Shown here in pieces: positions 60,414 through 64,000 of a stretch of 64,000 nt of DNA. The translations under genes and the position numbers were made by a program. The notes beneath the pieces were generated by a model, which saw only the letters and a program-made list of their open reading frames with translations, was not told the DNA's origin and did not search any database. Source of the stretch: Methanomethylovorans hollandica DSM 15978 (GTDB lineage Archaea; Halobacteriota; Methanosarcinia; Methanosarcinales; Methanosarcinaceae). The stretch is taken from contig NC_019977.1 in assembly GCF_000328665.1 (NCBI RefSeq), positions 1,542,011 to 1,606,010 on the forward strand, in the 5' to 3' direction. Each line of letters begins with the position of its first letter. Position 1 is the first letter of the stretch.

Positions 60414-62573
60414 TTACCAGGACATTGTGCTGTCAATTCCCATACGCGCATGCCTTCCCACCTGTCCGGCCTGCTCCTCGTCATGAAGAACAGTATCCCT
60501 GCCAATAACGGATGTAACTCCGAGTAAAAATTCGGGTTTATTAAGCTTGGTGTTAATTCCCAGGTACGTGTGCATATCCAGATAGAACCACGGCTGAAGC
60601 ACTTTCAGTCCATAACAGGTGTGCGCAGGCTTCTGCTCTTCAATGATCCTCCTTACACGACTGATAGTGACCGGATCCATATCGGAGTCTTCCAAAATCA
60701 CACAGAAACCAAACCTTTCGGTTCCGTAAAGGATGTCAATTAAAGGTATCTCCTGATGAGCTTCTTCTAAGGCTCCATCTTTATCGGACCTCTTCAGGGT
60801 TTTTTCATCAAGGCATGCTTTGACCACAGCCTCTTCAGGAGGGAAAAAGATTATTTTCTCCTGACCTTGCTGCTCATTACAGTCTTCAGCAGCAACATGC
60901 TGACAGCGGTCCTTGCTCTTAAAAACCTCTACAATGAAGGGCTTTTTTCCCGTTAAGAGGAAAATGCTTTCTTCCAGTCCTTCCCTGGTACCCCTCTTTT
61001 TATACAGGAAAACCGCCTTACTGATAAAAAGCCTCTTCTTATCCTCAGGCCAATTCTCCTCCACAGCAAAAGCAAGCCAGGAACCAAGCCATGAAAGAAA
61101 TTCAGGCGGAGTTCCATAGGCATCGAAATAGCGACCTATGTGCTCTATAGTATGATCGATATCAAAGAATATACTTTCAAATATCGAAAGAAAACGCTCA
61201 AGCAGTCCTTTGCTAAGAAGATCTTCCCGATAGATGGCCGGCAGGTGATCAAGATATGAGACCCTCGGGAAGAACACAGTGATCTTTCTGACCACCGGAG
61301 AACGTGTTTCAGTACCTGAGAGAATGATCTTGAACCACAGATATTGTCCCTGGGAATCTGCAAGAAAAAGTGCATCCCTTTTCTCATTACCCTGAACTGA
61401 TGAAGTTTCGGAGATACGCTTGCGCCACTGATCTGGAGAGAGTGTTTTGATATCCACTACGTTATCGTTAGAAACATAATACAGGAACTCTAGCTGCGTG
61501 CCATTTTCAAATTCCCCTTCCAGCACCAACCTGTGCCACCTGGTATCAGGGGTCTGGCTGTCTATGGGCTTTGAGATATAATATCCGCTGAAAGCACCCT
61601 CTTTGTCCTGAAGATTTACTTTTTGGCGGATCAGAGATGTCAGTTTGTTTCCTTTATCATTGAGCACATACAGATTGCCCTTCGAATCACTGATCAGTTT
61701 ACGACTTGCTCCTCTGTATGACCAAAGTGCGGTAAAGAGCTCGCCTGACAATTTATGGATCGTCTTTAAAGATATCTCGTTGTCAGATCCATCATCCTGC
61801 CCCATTTCACCTATGAACACCTGTTTACAGGCATCGACTACAATTCCGGAAGGTGAAAGATCTTCAGGCCGGATAGGTATCTCTTTTTCTCCAGTATTTG
61901 CATAAAAGATATGCAACTTTTTTTCATAAAGGACATATAAATTGCCCTCCGTATCTACAGTAAGGTCCTTTGGTTTTGAAGTTCCGGGATCAGGAGAATA
62001 TAATGAATGAGGAGCAGGATAATCAACATTTTCCTTACTTATAGACAGAATTTTTCCCGTTTCACTTTCAAGAAGACATATATTCCCTTTGTTATCACAT
62101 TCTATGTCAAGGATCTTGTGCAAAGGCTTTCCATCGTGATCTTTGCAGACAACCCACCGAATCTGGAAGTCCCTCTTTGAAAGTGCTATCATGCGGGCAT
62201 TATCTGCACCATTTATTGAAACGAAATCTGCAATGTATAGTGTATCCCTGTCTACCCCGATCGCTGAAAGTGTGTTCAGTTTTAATGGAAGAATCCCAGG
62301 ATAGCATCCGATTGCCTTCGGAGCATCGTTATGCTGATCGTATGTGAGGATCAGATTTCTTTTTTCATCTACAAGGTAAAAGACATCACATTCATCTATA
62401 GAGATATCAATTATGCTTAAATTATTATCATCAAGCAGTACATCCCCAAATTTGTACACATGATCGCTGTTTAAGCGTATATCACCACTTTCCAGATCCA
62501 CGTTCTGTGCATAAGCTTTGAAACTGTCGAGGAGCTCTTTTGTGTTGATGAGTTTGTAATTTACTTTCTGCAT
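60414..62573 (-). CDS. Phage tail protein I-like baseplate wedge protein fused to an NHL/beta-propeller-like region
   Basis: YL..LPAIY, FLSIFE, FLSWLGSW, KRGTREGL, EQKPAHT; N-terminal P.D.TVD..GNLYV repeats. Confidence 0.82.
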   Translation of the reverse strand: MQKVNYKLINTKELLDSFKAYAQNVDLESGDIRLNSDHVYKFGDVLLDDNNLSIIDISIDECDVFYLVDEKRNLILTYDQHNDAPKAIGCYPGILPLKLNTLSAIGVDRDTLYIADFVSINGADNARMIALSKRDFQIRWVVCKDHDGKPLHKILDIECDNKGNICLLESETGKILSISKENVDYPAPHSLYSPDPGTSKPKDLTVDTEGNLYVLYEKKLHIFYANTGEKEIPIRPEDLSPSGIVVDACKQVFIGEMGQDDGSDNEISLKTIHKLSGELFTALWSYRGASRKLISDSKGNLYVLNDKGNKLTSLIRQKVNLQDKEGAFSGYYISKPIDSQTPDTRWHRLVLEGEFENGTQLEFLYYVSNDNVVDIKTLSPDQWRKRISETSSVQGNEKRDALFLADSQGQYLWFKIILSGTETRSPVVRKITVFFPRVSYLDHLPAIYREDLLSKGLLERFLSIFESIFFDIDHTIEHIGRYFDAYGTPPEFLSWLGSWLAFAVEENWPEDKKRLFISKAVFLYKKRGTREGLEESIFLLTGKKPFIVEVFKSKDRCQHVAAEDCNEQQGQEKIIFFPPEEAVVKACLDEKTLKRSDKDGALEEAHQEIPLIDILYGTERFGFCVILEDSDMDPVTISRVRRIIEEQKPAHTCYGLKVLQPWFYLDMHTYLGINTKLNKPEFLLGVTSVIGRDTVLHDEEQAGQVGRHARMGIDSTMSW

Positions 62574-62577
62574 ACGA

Positions 62578-63999
62578 TCACCCGCTTTTGCGGCACAGAC
62601 CTGTTTCTCTGCTGAGCTTCACTGTGTGGCTGCCAGAATATACACATGCATGTTTTGAATTAAGCAAAAGGTTCCCATCGCTATCAGTAGATGCACCTTT
62701 ATCCCCGGAAACTGAGAGTTTTATAACACAGTTCACACCCTCAACATGCTCTATAAGATTGTACAATTCTGAAACATAAACAGCCCTGCCTATAGGCCAG
62801 CCTTTTCCATCCTCTCCCCCCTTTATCGGGTGGAGGAAGCCATTGAGCTTTTTGATCACGTTGTCCCGAACCAGGCTGTCGTCACGAAAACCATCCATCG
62901 GAACAACTGTGGCGATGACACTGACCTTTACATAATCAGGCGGGATCACATGGATCTGAGTTCCAAGAAGACGGTGCTTGTCCAGATGCCTGCATACTGC
63001 ATTTTTGAATCCCTCGGAAGGCTGTGGGGGGACATTCAATATCTCAAGAGGCGTATAAGGAATGATCACAACTGTCACAGACCCCTTGTTATCGTCAGGA
63101 TTTATCGCTTTGGGGTTAAAAGGGTCGTAATTTGGGATCGCTTTTGCTCTTGCCACCCTCAGACCGGGTGTATTTATAGCTATATATTCAAAATCCTTTG
63201 CTGTGACAGTTGTATAGGGAGTTCGTAGATCTTTAAGAAAATCCTCGATCGCCTCTTCAATGGTCTGTGCATCCATTCCACCGCTTGCAGGTCTGTGATT
63301 TGTTATGAAACCGTTAAATCCATCTACATTCCAGGTATATTCTGCGTTCAGATTTACTTCTGCGCCTCCTCCGCTCGCATATCCCATAATCCGTATTGCA
63401 GAGCCGGCAGGAGGTACAAAACCTCTCTCCCCATCACCAAATTTAATTTTACCTTTTTCATAATCAAAGACAAAGTGTTTATCAGAGGGGCCAGACCCGT
63501 CCAGATCTTCAAATTCTTTCCAGTCTTCTTCTTCAATTGATAATTTCAATGTCCTGTCAAGGACGGGAATTTCCTTTAGCTTAAAGACCTGATTTGGCAA
63601 CCCGGTACTGATCCGCTCCTCATTATCATCCTTTACTGTAAAACCATGAGTTGCAGAAACCGTATTAAGCCTCAAATTTTCTATGCGGGGAGGATATTCG
63701 TAACATGAATCTTCCACCCGGCAGCGCAGCCAGAAATAATCAGAATTAAATTTCTGACCCGGGATCGTTGATGAAGCTGTCCATCCTTCTATTCCTTCAA
63801 AAATTATTCTTCCGCTCTTCCTGAAATCCTTTGTTTCATCAACGGCATCAATATATTTCCAAATATTTCCATTTGAAGATACCGAAAATTCCCATTTCAA
63901 GCGTGCGTTCTTAAACTCATAATCCTGTTCCTCTCCATGCTTTCCAGGTGCTATGAGGTCTTTTTCATAGAGATAGCACATAAAGTCCAGTGCATCAGG
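62578..63999 (-). CDS. Baseplate J-like assembly protein (5' part outside the window)
   Basis: STGLPNQVF, FGDGERG.VP, ASGG.DAQ, VTAKDFE, HLDKHRLLGT, GWPIGR. Confidence 0.88.
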   Translation of the reverse strand, partial: PDALDFMCYLYEKDLIAPGKHGEEQDYEFKNARLKWEFSVSSNGNIWKYIDAVDETKDFRKSGRIIFEGIEGWTASSTIPGQKFNSDYFWLRCRVEDSCYEYPPRIENLRLNTVSATHGFTVKDDNEERISTGLPNQVFKLKEIPVLDRTLKLSIEEEDWKEFEDLDGSGPSDKHFVFDYEKGKIKFGDGERGFVPPAGSAIRIMGYASGGGAEVNLNAEYTWNVDGFNGFITNHRPASGGMDAQTIEEAIEDFLKDLRTPYTTVTAKDFEYIAINTPGLRVARAKAIPNYDPFNPKAINPDDNKGSVTVVIIPYTPLEILNVPPQPSEGFKNAVCRHLDKHRLLGTQIHVIPPDYVKVSVIATVVPMDGFRDDSLVRDNVIKKLNGFLHPIKGGEDGKGWPIGRAVYVSELYNLIEHVEGVNCVIKLSVSGDKGASTDSDGNLLLNSKHACVYSGSHTVKLSRETGLCRKSG

Positions 64000-64000
64000 A

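Noticed and set aside
58806..63999. Provirus interpretation of the tail genes
   Set aside because: No capsid, portal, terminase or integrase in view, and DUF4157 neighbours favour eCIS; not fully excluded because the locus runs off the window

Overview
Chromosomal window from a methylotrophic methanogenic archaeon. The mtaCB operon, ccmABC, Lsm gene and archaeal helicase point to Methanosarcinaceae. 1-27 kb is mostly housekeeping and metabolic: helicase, thioredoxin-CcdA, Lsm, RPC34/TFE-beta-like protein, tRNA-Glu, MarR/MFS, ccmABC, a FecCD-type ABC transporter with methyltransferase and FmdE, ferredoxins, a corrinoid protein, bacterial-type Lon and a geranylgeranyl reductase. 28.5-31 kb is an AT-rich defence islet: a Pycsar-type membrane effector coupled to a class III cyclase, plus a second, divergent, convergently transcribed PycC-like cyclase. 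31-48 kb holds thiME/thiF, MITE, ISL3 and TnpB remnants, and a kinase-less 6xPAS+GAF sensor paired with an extra MtaC paralog upstream of mtaCB. 48.6-64 kb is the distal end of an extracellular contractile injection system (eCIS) locus: baseplate J, tail-I-like and fibre-like genes, then four tandem DUF4157 proteins with a shared leader and unrelated C-terminal domains, i.e. a polymorphic effector array. Three small genes missing from the ORF track were found by hand (two ferredoxins, one Zn-ribbon protein). All family assignments come from motif recognition by eye; no database searches were run.
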